Notes: generated from the letters alone by a model not told the origin. 64,000 bases of DNA from Bacilli bacterium (GCA_017541885.1 JAFXYF010000011.1:85007-149006); one strand, 5' to 3'; shown: positions 1 to 10,437, counted from the stretch's first letter. Made by a program: numbers and translations.

Positions 1-572
1 CAAAACTAGTTAATTTATGTAAGACTTATTTCTCACGTAAGAGTGGAGAAGAAGTATTTAATGAAACTCATGCTTGGGCATTAAAACATGATCCTGAGTA
101 TGCCAAATTATTAGATGAAAATAAAGATGATATGATTAAATTCTTCAGTATTGAAAAAGATGGACCTAGACCTAGAAAAGATATTTCTAAGTATAGTGAA
201 GTAAGAGAAGAATTTAGTTATGCAATTGATAGTTTATTTGAAAAAGAAGCTTATGCTAAATTTGATGGAGATAAAACATATGATACAGATTTAGTATTAG
301 ACTATGTAAATAATGTATTAAACTTAGATGTTGAAAATGAAGAATGGTTTAATAGTATTAAAGAATTTGCAGCAGCTAATGGATATGCAGCAAGTCCAAA
401 AGACTATAAAAATAATCCAGATGCATATAAAGGTCATGTTGGAGATATCTGTGAAGCAATTCGTGTAATGATTACAGGAAGACTAAAATCACCTGATCTA
501 TTTAGTATTATGAAGATTTTAGGAAAAACTAGAATTATTGACAGAATTAATTTATATAAAAAGTTAAAATAG
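1..572 (+). CDS. gltX: Glutamate--tRNA ligase, C-terminal part (5' truncated by window edge)
   Basis: Frame is open from position 3. RPRKDI..YS and KDYKNNPDAYKGHVGD..R...TGR..SPDL match the anticodon-binding domain of clostridial-type GluRS. Confidence 0.8.
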   Translation, partial: KLVNLCKTYFSRKSGEEVFNETHAWALKHDPEYAKLLDENKDDMIKFFSIEKDGPRPRKDISKYSEVREEFSYAIDSLFEKEAYAKFDGDKTYDTDLVLDYVNNVLNLDVENEEWFNSIKEFAAANGYAASPKDYKNNPDAYKGHVGDICEAIRVMITGRLKSPDLFSIMKILGKTRIIDRINLYKKLK

Positions 573-629
573 TCTTTGAGATTAAAAAAAATATGTTATA
601 ATGAAGTAGCATAAAGGAGTGTTTAAAGG

Positions 630-1301
630 GTGGAAGAAATAGATTTAAAAGAGATGTTTGATTATTTTCTAGGACGAGTATCATGGATTATCATTGCCGT
701 AGCATTAGCTGTAGCAGTAGGTAATGTATATACTATGTTTACTAGAGTACCAATGTATAGAAGTACTACTACTTTAGTATTGGTAAGTGAAAACAAAGAT
801 AGTGCTAGCTATAATACAAGCGAGCAACAATTGAATAAAAACTTAGTAGGAACTTATTCAGAAATTATTAAATCAAGAACTATTCTAAATGCAGTTATTA
901 GAAACTTAGATTTAGATTATTCTTATACTACATTACAAAATAGAATTACAGTAAGTTCAGTAAATAATACAGAAATTATTCGTATTGCAGTAGCTGATTC
1001 TGATCCAAAAGTAGCTACAAAGATTGCTAATGAAATAGCAAAAGTATTTGTTAGTGAAATTAATAAATTCTATAAGTTAAATAACGTTAGTGTATTAGAT
1101 AGAGCAGAGAATAATAGTGTTCCATATAATGTAAATTATTTAAAAGATAATGCAATCTATATAATGATAGGTTTAGTATTATCTTGTGGAATTATCTTTA
1201 TATTCTTCTACTTTGATACAACAATCAAGACAAGTGAAGAAATAGAAAAGAAACTTGGATTAACAGTAGTTGGTATTGTACCAAAGGTTGGAAAGGAGTA
1301 G
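630..1301 (+). CDS. Wzz/CpsC (YwqC/TkmA-like) transmembrane activator of BY-kinase
   Basis: MEEIDLKE start, two TM segments, P.Y.STTTL, Y..IIKS, C-terminal DTTIKT.EEIE..LGL.V.G.VP. Confidence 0.9.
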   Translation: MEEIDLKEMFDYFLGRVSWIIIAVALAVAVGNVYTMFTRVPMYRSTTTLVLVSENKDSASYNTSEQQLNKNLVGTYSEIIKSRTILNAVIRNLDLDYSYTTLQNRITVSSVNNTEIIRIAVADSDPKVATKIANEIAKVFVSEINKFYKLNNVSVLDRAENNSVPYNVNYLKDNAIYIMIGLVLSCGIIFIFFYFDTTIKTSEEIEKKLGLTVVGIVPKVGKE

Positions 1302-1307
1302 AAGTAT

Positions 1308-2009
1308 ATGAGAAGTAAAGATTTAGTGATTACAAAAAATCCAAAATCATTATTTGCAGAATCTATTCGTACCATCCGTACAAATATAGCTTTTGCATCA
1401 TTAGATAAAGAAGTTAAAATAATTATGAATACTTCTCCTGAAGCAGGAGATGGAAAAAGTTTCGTTACAGCAAATCTAGCAATTGCCTATGCTCAAGAAG
1501 GTAAGAAAGTATTATTAATTGATGCTGACTTAAGAAGAGGTAGACAACATGAAATATTTGAAGTAATGAATGTAACAAGTGGTGGTTATACAAACTTAAT
1601 GTTAAATTATAAAGACAATATGGATTTTACAAAATTTATATTCCCAACATTTGATAAAAATATTGATCTTTTACCTACAGGACCTACACCACCAAACCCA
1701 GTAGAATTATTAGGTAGTGAAAATAACAAAAGATTATTAGATAGATTAAAGAAAAAATATGATCTAATTATTATGGACTGTACACCAATCATTGGATTAA
1801 GTGATGCTTTAATTCTTTCAACATTAAGTGATATTAACTTAGTAACAGTATCAGTTAAGAAAACAAGAATGGAAAATTTAGAGAGAACTGCTAAATTATT
1901 TGAACAAGCAAATGCTAAAATTGATGGTGTTATCCTAAATAAATCTCATCCAGCAGGAAGTCATTATTATAGTTATTATTATAATAATGATTACTATAGT
2001 GAGAAATAA
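1308..2009 (+). CDS. CpsD/CapB (PtkA-like) bacterial tyrosine kinase
   Basis: ESIRTIRTNI, Walker A TSPEAGDGKS, LLIDADLR, D.TP and a C-terminal Tyr cluster (HYYSYYYNNDYY). Confidence 0.93.
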   Translation: MRSKDLVITKNPKSLFAESIRTIRTNIAFASLDKEVKIIMNTSPEAGDGKSFVTANLAIAYAQEGKKVLLIDADLRRGRQHEIFEVMNVTSGGYTNLMLNYKDNMDFTKFIFPTFDKNIDLLPTGPTPPNPVELLGSENNKRLLDRLKKKYDLIIMDCTPIIGLSDALILSTLSDINLVTVSVKKTRMENLERTAKLFEQANAKIDGVILNKSHPAGSHYYSYYYNNDYYSEK

Positions 2010-2740
2010 TGTTAAAAGACTTACATAGTCATTTACTTTATGGTATAGATGATGGTTGTAAAACAATAGAAGAATCTCTATCATTATTAAAAAAAATGAG
2101 CGCTGCTGGAGTAAAAGAAATAATAATTACGCCACACTATATCGAAAATAGTAAATATGTTTTCAATAATGAAAGTAAAGAAAAATTATTTAATATTTTA
2201 AAAAATGAAGTAAAGTTTGAAAAAATAGATGTAACACTATACTTAGGAAATGAAGTGTTCTATACTGATCGATTTGTAGAATTATTAGAAACTGGTGAGA
2301 TAGCAACACTTAATAATAGTAAATATTTATTATTTGAATTTCCTATGCGTAATCCTCACTCTAAAGCAGGTGAAATCTTATCCAACTTGATAAGTCATGG
2401 ATACGTACCTATACTTGCTCATCCAGAAAGATATAAAGAGTTCCAAGAAACTCCAGATCTTGCAGAAGAGTATTTAAGAATGGGTGTATTACTTCAAGGA
2501 AATTACACTTCATTATTTGGAAAGTATGGTAGAGCACCTAAAAAGCTATTAAAATATTATATTAAAAAAGGATGGATATCATTCTTAGGTAGTGATGCTC
2601 ATCATGAATTTAAATGTAATGAAAAGAGTTTAGTTAGAAAACTAAATTGGCTTAATAGAGATAAAGAATATGTTCATAACTTATTAGAAGGTAATTTTGA
2701 TAAAGTTATCAATAATGAAGATATTGCAATGATTAGATAA
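2009..2740 (+). CDS. CpsB/CapC (PtpZ-like) PHP-family tyrosine phosphatase
   Basis: DLHSHLL.GIDDG, TPHY, GNE, LAHPERY and GSDAH motifs. Confidence 0.93.
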   Translation: MLKDLHSHLLYGIDDGCKTIEESLSLLKKMSAAGVKEIIITPHYIENSKYVFNNESKEKLFNILKNEVKFEKIDVTLYLGNEVFYTDRFVELLETGEIATLNNSKYLLFEFPMRNPHSKAGEILSNLISHGYVPILAHPERYKEFQETPDLAEEYLRMGVLLQGNYTSLFGKYGRAPKKLLKYYIKKGWISFLGSDAHHEFKCNEKSLVRKLNWLNRDKEYVHNLLEGNFDKVINNEDIAMIR

Positions 2741-2766
2741 AAAAAAGAGGTTTAAACCTCTTTTTT
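2741..2766. terminator. Bidirectional intrinsic terminator
   Basis: aaaaaagagg-tttaaa-cctctttttt between convergent genes. Confidence 0.85.
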
Positions 2767-3466
2767 AATTATGTACTAAAGTACAAGTACCTTTACCTTC
2801 AAGTACTTTCTTAAGATTACCTTTTTCATTTATGTTAAATACTAAGATTGGAATATCTTCATCCATACATAAACTAATAGCAGTAGAATCCATTACATGT
2901 AATTTTTTATTAAGTACATCAATATAAGTAATATCTTCAAAACGTTTTGCATCATCAAACTTCTTAGGATCTTTATCATAAACTCCATCTACTTTAGTAG
3001 CTTTAACTAAAATATCAGCTTTAATTTCAGCAGCTCTTAAACTAGAAGCTGTATCAGTAGAGAAGAATGGACTACCAGTTCCACATCCAAATATAACAAC
3101 TCTTCCTTTTTCTAAATGACGAGTAGCTCTATCTTTAATATAGAACTCAGCAATTTGTCTCATTTCAACTCCAGTTTGAACTCTAACAGGAGTACCAATT
3201 TGTTTAAAAGCATCTCCTAAAGCTAAAGCATTCATAACTGTACCCATCATACCAATATAGTCTGATGTAGCACGATCCATATATTCGTTGCTTTTACCTC
3301 TCCAGAAGTTTCCACCACCAACAACAATACCAATTTCATAGCCTAAATCAACACATTCCTTGATTTCACGAGCAATTTCAATAGTTCTATCAAAGTCAAT
3401 ACCAGTTGTTTTTTCACCTGCAAGTACCTCTCCACTAAGTTTTAAAAGTATTCTCTTATATTTCAA
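2765..3466 (-). CDS. pyrH: UMP kinase
   Basis: [35 protein letters not shown] and DGVYDKDP. Probable TTG start at 3466 after GGAG (ORF track starts at 3496). Confidence 0.95.
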   Translation of the reverse strand: MKYKRILLKLSGEVLAGEKTTGIDFDRTIEIAREIKECVDLGYEIGIVVGGGNFWRGKSNEYMDRATSDYIGMMGTVMNALALGDAFKQIGTPVRVQTGVEMRQIAEFYIKDRATRHLEKGRVVIFGCGTGSPFFSTDTASSLRAAEIKADILVKATKVDGVYDKDPKKFDDAKRFEDITYIDVLNKKLHVMDSTAISLCMDEDIPILVFNINEKGNLKKVLEGKGTCTLVHN

Positions 3467-3543
3467 AAAATCATCTCCTAAAATGTAGTTTATCACATGT
3501 CAAGGAAAATGCCAAATAATAAGGAAAAAATAAAGTTAAATGT

Positions 3544-3572
3544 TTGACAATATATGCTCTATATGCTATAAT
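3544..3572 (+). promoter_or_regulatory. Sigma-A promoter of the rplU-prp-rpmA operon
   Basis: TTGACA (3544-3549), 17-nt spacer, TG-n-TATAAT (3564-3572). Confidence 0.85.
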
Positions 3573-3577
3573 CTATG

Positions 3578-3650
3578 TGTTTGACGCCTCATGCTCAAAC
3601 CGCATTGAAAAGGTTATAAACGAATTTCGTACCTCAAAAGCGAGTCTTAA
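3578..3650 (+). promoter_or_regulatory. Probable L21 ribosomal leader RNA
   Basis: GC-richer untranslated leader between the promoter and the rplU RBS, ending in GCGAGTC as in the Firmicutes L21_leader. Confidence 0.55.
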
Positions 3651-3672
3651 GTTTAATAAAGGAGGTAAAAAA

Positions 3673-3972
3673 ATGAACGCTGTTATTAAAGTCGGTGGAA
3701 AGCAATACTATGTTACAGAAGGAGCAGAAATCTATGTTGAAAAACTAAACTGCAACGCTGGAGACACAGTTAGCTTTGATCAAGTTTTAATGCTTGATGC
3801 TAAAATCGGAAATCCTTATCTTACAGGTGTTACTGTTCAAGGAGAAGTTCTAAAGAATGGTAAAGCTAAGAAAATTAAAGTTTTCAAATACAAAAGCAAA
3901 GATAGATCAAACCGTGTAAAACAAGGACATAGACAACCTTATACAAAAATCAAAATTACAAAAATTGGATAA
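3673..3972 (+). CDS. rplU: 50S ribosomal protein L21
   Basis: [10 protein letters not shown]...[11 protein letters not shown] at 3673 follows AAGGAGG. Confidence 0.97.
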   Translation: MNAVIKVGGKQYYVTEGAEIYVEKLNCNAGDTVSFDQVLMLDAKIGNPYLTGVTVQGEVLKNGKAKKIKVFKYKSKDRSNRVKQGHRQPYTKIKITKIG

Positions 3973-3975
3973 TTT

Positions 3976-4278
3976 ATGATTACAGTTAATGTAGAAAAAG
4001 AGAATAAAAAGTATAAGAAGATTAGTATTCTAGGACATGCAATGTATGCCGATAGAGGAAAAGATATTGTATGTAGTTCTGTAAGTAGTATAGTTATTAC
4101 TACAGTAAATGGAATTCTAACTTTAAATAAAGGAAGTCTATCATATATGGTTGGTAAGAAAGGAATGAAAATCGAGCTTAAGAGCGAAGATGAAACAACT
4201 CAATTACTAATTCATAATATGGTTAATCTATTAAAAGATCTGGAAAAACAATATCCAGAAAATGTAGAAGTGAAATAA
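3976..4278 (+). CDS. prp: Ribosomal-processing cysteine protease Prp (YsxB)
   Basis: GHA...G.DIVCS.VS motif; located between rplU and rpmA. Confidence 0.92.
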   Translation: MITVNVEKENKKYKKISILGHAMYADRGKDIVCSSVSSIVITTVNGILTLNKGSLSYMVGKKGMKIELKSEDETTQLLIHNMVNLLKDLEKQYPENVEVK

Positions 4279-4289
4279 GGAGGAGAATT

Positions 4290-4580
4290 ATGAAATTATT
4301 AAAATTAGATATTCAATTATTTGCTCACCACAAAGGGCAAGGATCAACATCTAATGGTCGTGATTCTGCAGGACGTAGACTTGGAGCTAAAGCAGCAGAT
4401 GGTGAATTCATCACAGCTGGTTCAATTATATACCGTCAAAGAGGAACTAAAATGTTCCCAGGAACAAATACTCGTCGTGGAAGCGATGATACTATTTATT
4501 CAACTATTGATGGAATCGTTAAATTTGAACGTTACGGAAGAGACAAGAAGCAAGCTTCAGTTTATCCAGTAGAAGGATAG
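4290..4580 (+). CDS. rpmA: 50S ribosomal protein L27 with N-terminal Prp-cleaved extension
   Basis: [24 protein letters not shown]. Confidence 0.97.
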   Translation: MKLLKLDIQLFAHHKGQGSTSNGRDSAGRRLGAKAADGEFITAGSIIYRQRGTKMFPGTNTRRGSDDTIYSTIDGIVKFERYGRDKKQASVYPVEG

Positions 4581-4588
4581 TAGAAATC

Positions 4589-4613
4589 AAGAGCCATTGA
4601 GGCTCTTTTTTTT
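4589..4613 (+). terminator. Intrinsic terminator after rpmA
   Basis: aagagcc-attga-ggctctt followed by a U-tract. Confidence 0.85.
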
Positions 4614-4680
4614 GCTAAAAAAATATACACTAAAAATAAATTATGATACAATACAATTGAAAGAAAAAAGGAGGGATAGT

Positions 4681-5952
4681 ATGTTTGTTGATGAGGTATT
4701 ATTAAGAGTAGAAGCCGGTAATGGTGGAGATGGATGTACTGCCTTTAGAAGAGAAAAATTTGTACCAATGGGAGGACCATATGGTGGTAATGGAGGACAC
4801 GGTTCAGACATTATCTTTAAAGTAGATGAAGGATTACATACATTATTAGATTTAAGATATCAAAAGACAATCAAAGGTCCAAAAGGAGAAAATGGTAGAG
4901 GAAAGAATCAACACGGTAAAGGAGCAGAACCTACTATAGTAAAAGTTCCTTTAGGAACAGTTGTTACTGATATGGAAACAGGGTTTATCCTAGCAGACTT
5001 ATCCCATAAAGACCAAGAAGAGATAATAGCAAAAGGTGGAAGAGGAGGTCGTGGAAACACAGCCTTCAAAACACAAACTAATACAGCTCCAGATTATTCA
5101 GAAAATGGAGAAGAAGGAGAAAAGAAATTCTTAAAAGTAGAAGTAAAAATGTTAGCAGATGTAGGTTTAGTAGGACTACCAAGTGTAGGTAAATCAACAA
5201 TTATTTCTTGTATATCTGCATCTAAACCAAAAATTGCAGCATATCACTTTACTACTTTAAGTCCAAATCTAGGAGTAACAAGATCTAGTGATGGAAGAAG
5301 TTTTGTAGTAGCTGATCTTCCAGGATTAATAGAAGGAGCATCTTTAGGAGAAGGATTAGGAGATAAATTCCTAAGACATATTGAAAGAACAAGAGTTATA
5401 GCTCATGTAGTAGATATGGCTGGATCTGAAATGAGAGATCCATATGAAGATTTCTTATTAATTAATAAAGAATTAGGTGAATATAATAAAAAATTATTAG
5501 ATAAACCTATGATTGTAATAGCAAATAAAATGGATTTACCAGAAGCAAAAGAAAATCTAGAAGAATTTAAAAAGAAAGTAGATTGTGAAATATTTGAAGT
5601 ATCTGCTGCTATGAATAAGGGTTTACAACAAGTAGTAGATCGTCTAGCAGACATTCTAGATACAATACCAATGAATCCATTATATGATGAATCACAAATT
5701 GAAAGTAATGTATTATATAAATTTAAGAAAGAAGAACCTTTCACAATTACTAAGGAAAATGATTGTTGGGTAATAGCTGGAGATGAAATTGAAAAAATCT
5801 TTAAGATGACTAAATTTTCATCAGATGAAGCAGCATATCGTTTTGCTAAAAAGATTAAAAGAATGGGGATTGATGACAAGTTAAAAGAACTAGGAGCTGA
5901 AGACAACGATCAAGTAAGAATCTTAGACTTCTATTTCAATTACAAAGACTAA
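4681..5952 (+). CDS. obgE: GTPase ObgE
   Basis: MFVDE, FRREKFVP.GGP.GG.GG, GLPSVGKST, DLPG, NKMD and a C-terminal OCT domain. Confidence 0.97.
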   Translation: MFVDEVLLRVEAGNGGDGCTAFRREKFVPMGGPYGGNGGHGSDIIFKVDEGLHTLLDLRYQKTIKGPKGENGRGKNQHGKGAEPTIVKVPLGTVVTDMETGFILADLSHKDQEEIIAKGGRGGRGNTAFKTQTNTAPDYSENGEEGEKKFLKVEVKMLADVGLVGLPSVGKSTIISCISASKPKIAAYHFTTLSPNLGVTRSSDGRSFVVADLPGLIEGASLGEGLGDKFLRHIERTRVIAHVVDMAGSEMRDPYEDFLLINKELGEYNKKLLDKPMIVIANKMDLPEAKENLEEFKKKVDCEIFEVSAAMNKGLQQVVDRLADILDTIPMNPLYDESQIESNVLYKFKKEEPFTITKENDCWVIAGDEIEKIFKMTKFSSDEAAYRFAKKIKRMGIDDKLKELGAEDNDQVRILDFYFNYKD

Positions 5953-5972
5953 TATAAATTCAGGGGGACAAT

Positions 5973-6665
5973 ATGAATAATTACAAGAAAATAGCTGAAT
6001 ATTTAGCTGTAAAAAGATTTTTACAAGAACATCCAGATTATTTTACAAAAGATGAACAATTATCAATCGATCACTATGCAAGTAAACTAGATGATAAAGC
6101 ATATCTTAAAGATGTTACAAGAGAAATATATGATGAATTAGGTCTTATTCCAGAAAATAAAAATATCTATATTGCATTTAGTGAATTAATAAGACAATTA
6201 TATGGATTAGATAATAAGAATATTGTAGAAGTAGGTGGAGGAATTATTCCAAGACTTGCTAAAAGAATAAAACTACAACAAAAGAATGGTACTATTACCG
6301 TATATGATCCGCGTCTTGCTAAAGATATAGATGACACTGAAGGAATGACTTTAAAAAGAGAACAATTTAGTAGTGCAACAGAAATTCCAGAAGCAAACTT
6401 ACTAATTGGTCTAATGCCTTGTGAAGGAGCAACTCCTTTAATTATGCAAGCAACACAAAAACAAATAGACTTTATTCTATGGTTGTGTGAAGGCGGACCT
6501 CATGGAGAACCATTTGACTTCTATGAATCAGATGAAGAGTGGTTAGATAGTACTATTCACACTGCAAGAAGAGGAGTAGAGGATAATAATATGGGTGAAT
6601 TACATAAGTTAGAATTAAAAGATTACTCAGATTATCCAATCATTTACAATCAACGTAAAAAATAA
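5973..6665 (+). CDS. Hypothetical protein, possible class I SAM-binding fold
   Basis: IVEVGGG...VYDP resembles methyltransferase motif I; GLMPCEG. Confidence 0.45.
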   Translation: MNNYKKIAEYLAVKRFLQEHPDYFTKDEQLSIDHYASKLDDKAYLKDVTREIYDELGLIPENKNIYIAFSELIRQLYGLDNKNIVEVGGGIIPRLAKRIKLQQKNGTITVYDPRLAKDIDDTEGMTLKREQFSSATEIPEANLLIGLMPCEGATPLIMQATQKQIDFILWLCEGGPHGEPFDFYESDEEWLDSTIHTARRGVEDNNMGELHKLELKDYSDYPIIYNQRKK

Positions 6666-6730
6666 TTGTAGACTTTTTATAAAATATGTTATAATTTTCT
6701 TAGAATATACACTAAGAAGAGGGTGTTAAA

Positions 6731-7528
6731 ATGAAAGATATACATTTTTTAGAGAGTAAAGGAATTGATGTAAAATCAAGTCTAGAATTATTTGGAGACG
6801 AAAGCAAATACACAGAAAAATTAGGAGAATTTTTAGTAGGAATTCATACTAAAATTAAACAATTAATTGTATTTATGCAAAAACCAGATATGCCAAATTA
6901 TTCAAATTGTGTTAGATCTATGAAGAATGATGCAAGATTCTTTGGATTTAACAAACTTGCAGATATGGCTGCAGAACATGAAGAAAAGAGTATGGTTGGT
7001 GACTTATATTATGTTACTGAACATATTAATGACTTAATACAAGAGACAAATAGCGCAATTGTAACTATTCAAGAATATTTGAATGGTGGAGAAGAAATTA
7101 AGAAAGAATATGCTGAGACAGTAGATGCAATTGAAACATACGAACAAGATACAATCCTTGTTGTAGATGATTCAAATATTGTTAGGAACTTCGTTAAAAG
7201 AGTATTCGCAGAAAAGTATAATATTGGTACTGCAAATGATGGAGAAGAAGCAATTAACTTAATTGAAAAGAATAAAGATAATGGACATATTAAAGCAATA
7301 CTATTAGACTTAAGTATGCCAAAAGTAGATGGTTTTGGAGTTCTAGAACATATGAGAAGTCATAATCTATTAGAAAAGATTCCAGTATCAATTATTTCAG
7401 GAGATTCATCAAAAGAAACAATTGATAGAGCATTTACTTATAATATTGTAGATATGTTAAGTAAACCATTTAATGATAGTTCTATCTCAATCGTAGTAGA
7501 AAAAACATTAATGAGAAATGATTTATAA
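6731..7528 (+). CDS. HPt-like domain fused to a response-regulator receiver
   Basis: C-terminal receiver motifs ILVVDD, LLDLSMP..DG, ISG and KPF. N-terminal helical HPt-like region. Confidence 0.8.
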   Translation: MKDIHFLESKGIDVKSSLELFGDESKYTEKLGEFLVGIHTKIKQLIVFMQKPDMPNYSNCVRSMKNDARFFGFNKLADMAAEHEEKSMVGDLYYVTEHINDLIQETNSAIVTIQEYLNGGEEIKKEYAETVDAIETYEQDTILVVDDSNIVRNFVKRVFAEKYNIGTANDGEEAINLIEKNKDNGHIKAILLDLSMPKVDGFGVLEHMRSHNLLEKIPVSIISGDSSKETIDRAFTYNIVDMLSKPFNDSSISIVVEKTLMRNDL

Positions 7529-7554
7529 AAAAAAGAAGGATTTCCTTCTTTTTT
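7527..7554. terminator. Bidirectional intrinsic terminator
   Basis: A-tract-gaagga-t-ttccttc-T-tract between convergent genes. Confidence 0.75.
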
Positions 7555-7557
7555 ATT

Positions 7558-7878
7558 TTATTCTACAAATTTTAATGTATCACCAATAATTAATTTATCA
7601 GCAGTATCAAGTGGAAGTATATATAAGTTTTTAGCTTTTAAATGAATTATTCTTTTCTCACTCTTAACATTTGAATGAAGATAAAGAATCTTATTATTTT
7701 TATCAGTAAAACAAGCATCTACTCTTTGACAAAAGAAATAAGTACTAAGTTTTTTCTTATTAGGAAAGAATAAACATAATTCATTTTTATATAGGTTAAA
7801 TTTCAAAGATTTAAATCTTTCTTTAAAAGATTTTAACTCTTTTATTTCAATTTTTTTATTTCTAACTTTAAGGTACAT
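7558..7878 (-). CDS. DUF192-like small protein
   Basis: SFKERFKSL...LFF.....YFF...VDACF.D..KI pattern resembles DUF192. ATG at 7878 follows AGGTGA. Confidence 0.5.
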   Translation of the reverse strand: MYLKVRNKKIEIKELKSFKERFKSLKFNLYKNELCLFFPNKKKLSTYFFCQRVDACFTDKNNKILYLHSNVKSEKRIIHLKAKNLYILPLDTADKLIIGDTLKFVE

Positions 7879-7964
7879 AAAATCACCTAAGTTCATTATA
7901 ACATATTTTTCTTTAAAAAATTGGATTAATATGGTATTATATAAAAGGAAATGGAGGTATTAGT

Positions 7965-8690
7965 ATGAGTGGACATTCAAAGTGGGCTACAATTCATCGT
8001 AAAAAAGGTTTACTTGATGCTGCAAGAGGAAAAGTATTCCAAAAGTTAGCAAAAGAGATCATGGTAGCAGCTAAAGGAGGAAGTCCTGACCCGAATCAAA
8101 ACGCATCACTAAGATTGGCAGTTGATAAGGCAAAAGCTCAAAACATGCCAAAAGAAAACATACAAAAAGCAATTGAGAAAGCAACTGGAGGAGCAGATGG
8201 TGCAAACTTCGAATCAGTTCGTTATGAAGGATATGGTCACGGAGGAGTAGCATTTATGGTAGATTGTTTAACAGACAATCGTAATAGAACTGCTTCACAA
8301 GTAAGAGCTGCATTTACTAAAGCTGGAGGAAACCTTGGAACTGATGGTTCAGTAAGTTATATGTTTGAGCGCAGAGGTTCTATTGTTATTCCAGGAGAAT
8401 ATGATGAAGACACTATGATGATGGCTGCATTAGACGCAGGAGCACTTGATTTTGAGCATGTAGAAGATAGTTACATGATAACTACTGATGCTACATCATT
8501 TACTGCTGTAAAAGATGCATTAGAAGCCGCTGATGTAAAAGAATTCTTAGAGTGTGAATTAACATATATGCCTAATATGGAAGTAGAACTTGATGAAGAA
8601 GGACAAGAAAAAGTAATGAAGTTAGTTGATGCCCTAGAAGATTTAGATGATGTTCAAGATGTATACTATAATTTAAAAGAAACAGAATAA
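7965..8690 (+). CDS. yebC: YebC/PmpR family protein
   Basis: MSGHSKWATI..KKG..D..RG, YEGYG, TDNRNRT and LEDLDDVQ.VY. Confidence 0.96.
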   Translation: MSGHSKWATIHRKKGLLDAARGKVFQKLAKEIMVAAKGGSPDPNQNASLRLAVDKAKAQNMPKENIQKAIEKATGGADGANFESVRYEGYGHGGVAFMVDCLTDNRNRTASQVRAAFTKAGGNLGTDGSVSYMFERRGSIVIPGEYDEDTMMMAALDAGALDFEHVEDSYMITTDATSFTAVKDALEAADVKEFLECELTYMPNMEVELDEEGQEKVMKLVDALEDLDDVQDVYYNLKETE

Positions 8691-8731
8691 AAGACTCTAA
8701 GAGTCTTTTTTTATTTATAAAATGTTAATTT

Positions 8732-8745
8732 AAAACAAATGTTTT
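8732..8745. promoter_or_regulatory. Possible degenerate LexA (Cheo) box upstream of ruvAB
   Basis: AAAAC-AAAT-GTTTT versus the Firmicutes consensus GAAC-N4-GTTC. Confidence 0.35.
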
Positions 8746-8801
8746 AGTTTTGTTTGCTTTAAATATTATTTTAGATTATAATAATAATTGGAGATGATTA
8801 A

Positions 8802-9365
8802 ATGTACGATTATATAAAAGGTATAGTAACAACAATAAAGAATAATGCGATTGTCTTAGAAAATAATGGAATAGGGTATTTAGTATATGTTGCTAATCCA
8901 TATTCTTATGAATTAAATAAAGAATGCAAAGTATATATCTATCAACATGTAATGGAAGATGAGAATAGTTTATATGGTTTTAAAACATTAGAAGAAAAAG
9001 ATTTCTTCTTAAAACTAATTAGTGTTAAAGGATTAGGTTGTAAGATGGCTTTACCAATTCTTGCAGTAGGTTCAGTTGATGGAATAATGGATGCTATTGA
9101 AAGAGAGAATATATTATATTTAAAGAAATTCCCTAAGATTGGTGATAAATTAGCTAAACAAATAATTCTAGATTTAAAAGGTAAATTAGAGTTTATTGGT
9201 GTAGGAATTAGTGATGATGAAATAAAAGTAGAAAATGAACTAAAAGAAGCATTAATTGCCTTAGGATATAAAGAAAAAGAAATTATACCTGTAATTGCTA
9301 AAGTAGATACATCACTTTCAATTGAAGGTCAAATAAAGGATGCGTTAAAATTATTATTAAAATAG
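8802..9365 (+). CDS. ruvA: Holliday junction DNA-binding protein RuvA
   Basis: MYDYIKG, GIGY, LYGF, LISVKGLG.K.AL, PKIG.K.A..I. Confidence 0.95.
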   Translation: MYDYIKGIVTTIKNNAIVLENNGIGYLVYVANPYSYELNKECKVYIYQHVMEDENSLYGFKTLEEKDFFLKLISVKGLGCKMALPILAVGSVDGIMDAIERENILYLKKFPKIGDKLAKQIILDLKGKLEFIGVGISDDEIKVENELKEALIALGYKEKEIIPVIAKVDTSLSIEGQIKDALKLLLK

Positions 9366-9374
9366 GAGGTCTCT

Positions 9375-10376
9375 ATGAAAGAAGAAAGTGTTATTGGGAA
9401 TTTTTCATTAATGGATGATAAAACAATAGATAATACAATTAGACCAGAAACAATAGATGAATATATTGGACAAACTGATGTTAAAGAAAATATTAGAGTC
9501 TTTGTAGATGCTGCTAAAATGCGTAAAGAGTCTCTTGATCATGTTTTACTTTATGGTCCTCCAGGATTAGGTAAAACAACTCTAGCATTTATTATTGCTC
9601 ATGAATTAGGAACTAATATTAAAACTGCTTCAGGTCCTAGCATTGAAAAGAGTGGAGATTTAGCTGCTATTTTATCTTCTCTAGAACCAGGTGATGTCTT
9701 ATTTATTGATGAGATTCATAGAATGCCTAGATATATTGAAGAAATATTGTATCCTGCAATGGAAGACTTTTCTCTAGATATAATTGTTGGTTCAGAAGGT
9801 AATAGTAGAAATATTAAAATAGATCTTCCACCATTTACATTAGTAGGTGCTACAACTCGTGCAGGAGACTTATCTTCTCCTTTAAGAGATCGTTTTGGAA
9901 TTATATCTAAATTACAATTCTATACAGTAGAAGAATTAAGAGATATTATTAAAAGAACATCAAGAGTACTAGAAATGCCAATTGCAGAAGATGCAGCATT
10001 AGAACTAGCCAAAAGAAGTAGAGGAACTCCTCGTGTAGCCAATAGATTATTCAAAAGAGTAAGAGATTTTGCTATGGTAAAGAAAAGCAAAGAAATTACT
10101 TTAGATATAACAAATGAAGCATTAGAAAGATTAAAAGTAGATAAAATTGGTCTTGATAGTACCGATAGAGAATTATTACTCGCAATCATTAATAGATTTA
10201 ATGGTGGACCAGTTGGAATAGAAGCTCTAAGTAGTTCAATAGGTGAAGAAGTAACTACAATAGAAGATGTTTATGAGCCTTACTTATTACAAATTGGATT
10301 ATTAAAAAGAACTGCTAGAGGACGTGTCGTAACAGATGCAGCATATGAATTATTAGGAATTGAAAAGAGAAAGTAA
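9375..10376 (+). CDS. ruvB: Holliday junction helicase RuvB
   Basis: RP....[26 protein letters not shown] and RGTPR. Confidence 0.98.
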   Translation: MKEESVIGNFSLMDDKTIDNTIRPETIDEYIGQTDVKENIRVFVDAAKMRKESLDHVLLYGPPGLGKTTLAFIIAHELGTNIKTASGPSIEKSGDLAAILSSLEPGDVLFIDEIHRMPRYIEEILYPAMEDFSLDIIVGSEGNSRNIKIDLPPFTLVGATTRAGDLSSPLRDRFGIISKLQFYTVEELRDIIKRTSRVLEMPIAEDAALELAKRSRGTPRVANRLFKRVRDFAMVKKSKEITLDITNEALERLKVDKIGLDSTDRELLLAIINRFNGGPVGIEALSSSIGEEVTTIEDVYEPYLLQIGLLKRTARGRVVTDAAYELLGIEKRK

Positions 10377-10437
10377 TTTCTCTTTTTTTATTTATTAAAA
10401 TATGTTATAATTATGCGTAGTTGTGGAGGGGATCTCA

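Noticed and set aside
3544-3672. N-terminal extension of L21 in the ORF track
   Set aside because: The TTG 'start' is the -35 box. The real start is ATG 3673 after AAGGAGG, and the region is promoter plus leader.
4597-4680. N-terminal extension of ObgE (and similar upstream starts for map, rdgB and the 27606 and 60983 ORFs)
   Set aside because: These extensions run through terminators or promoters; downstream ATGs have proper RBSs and family-typical N-termini.
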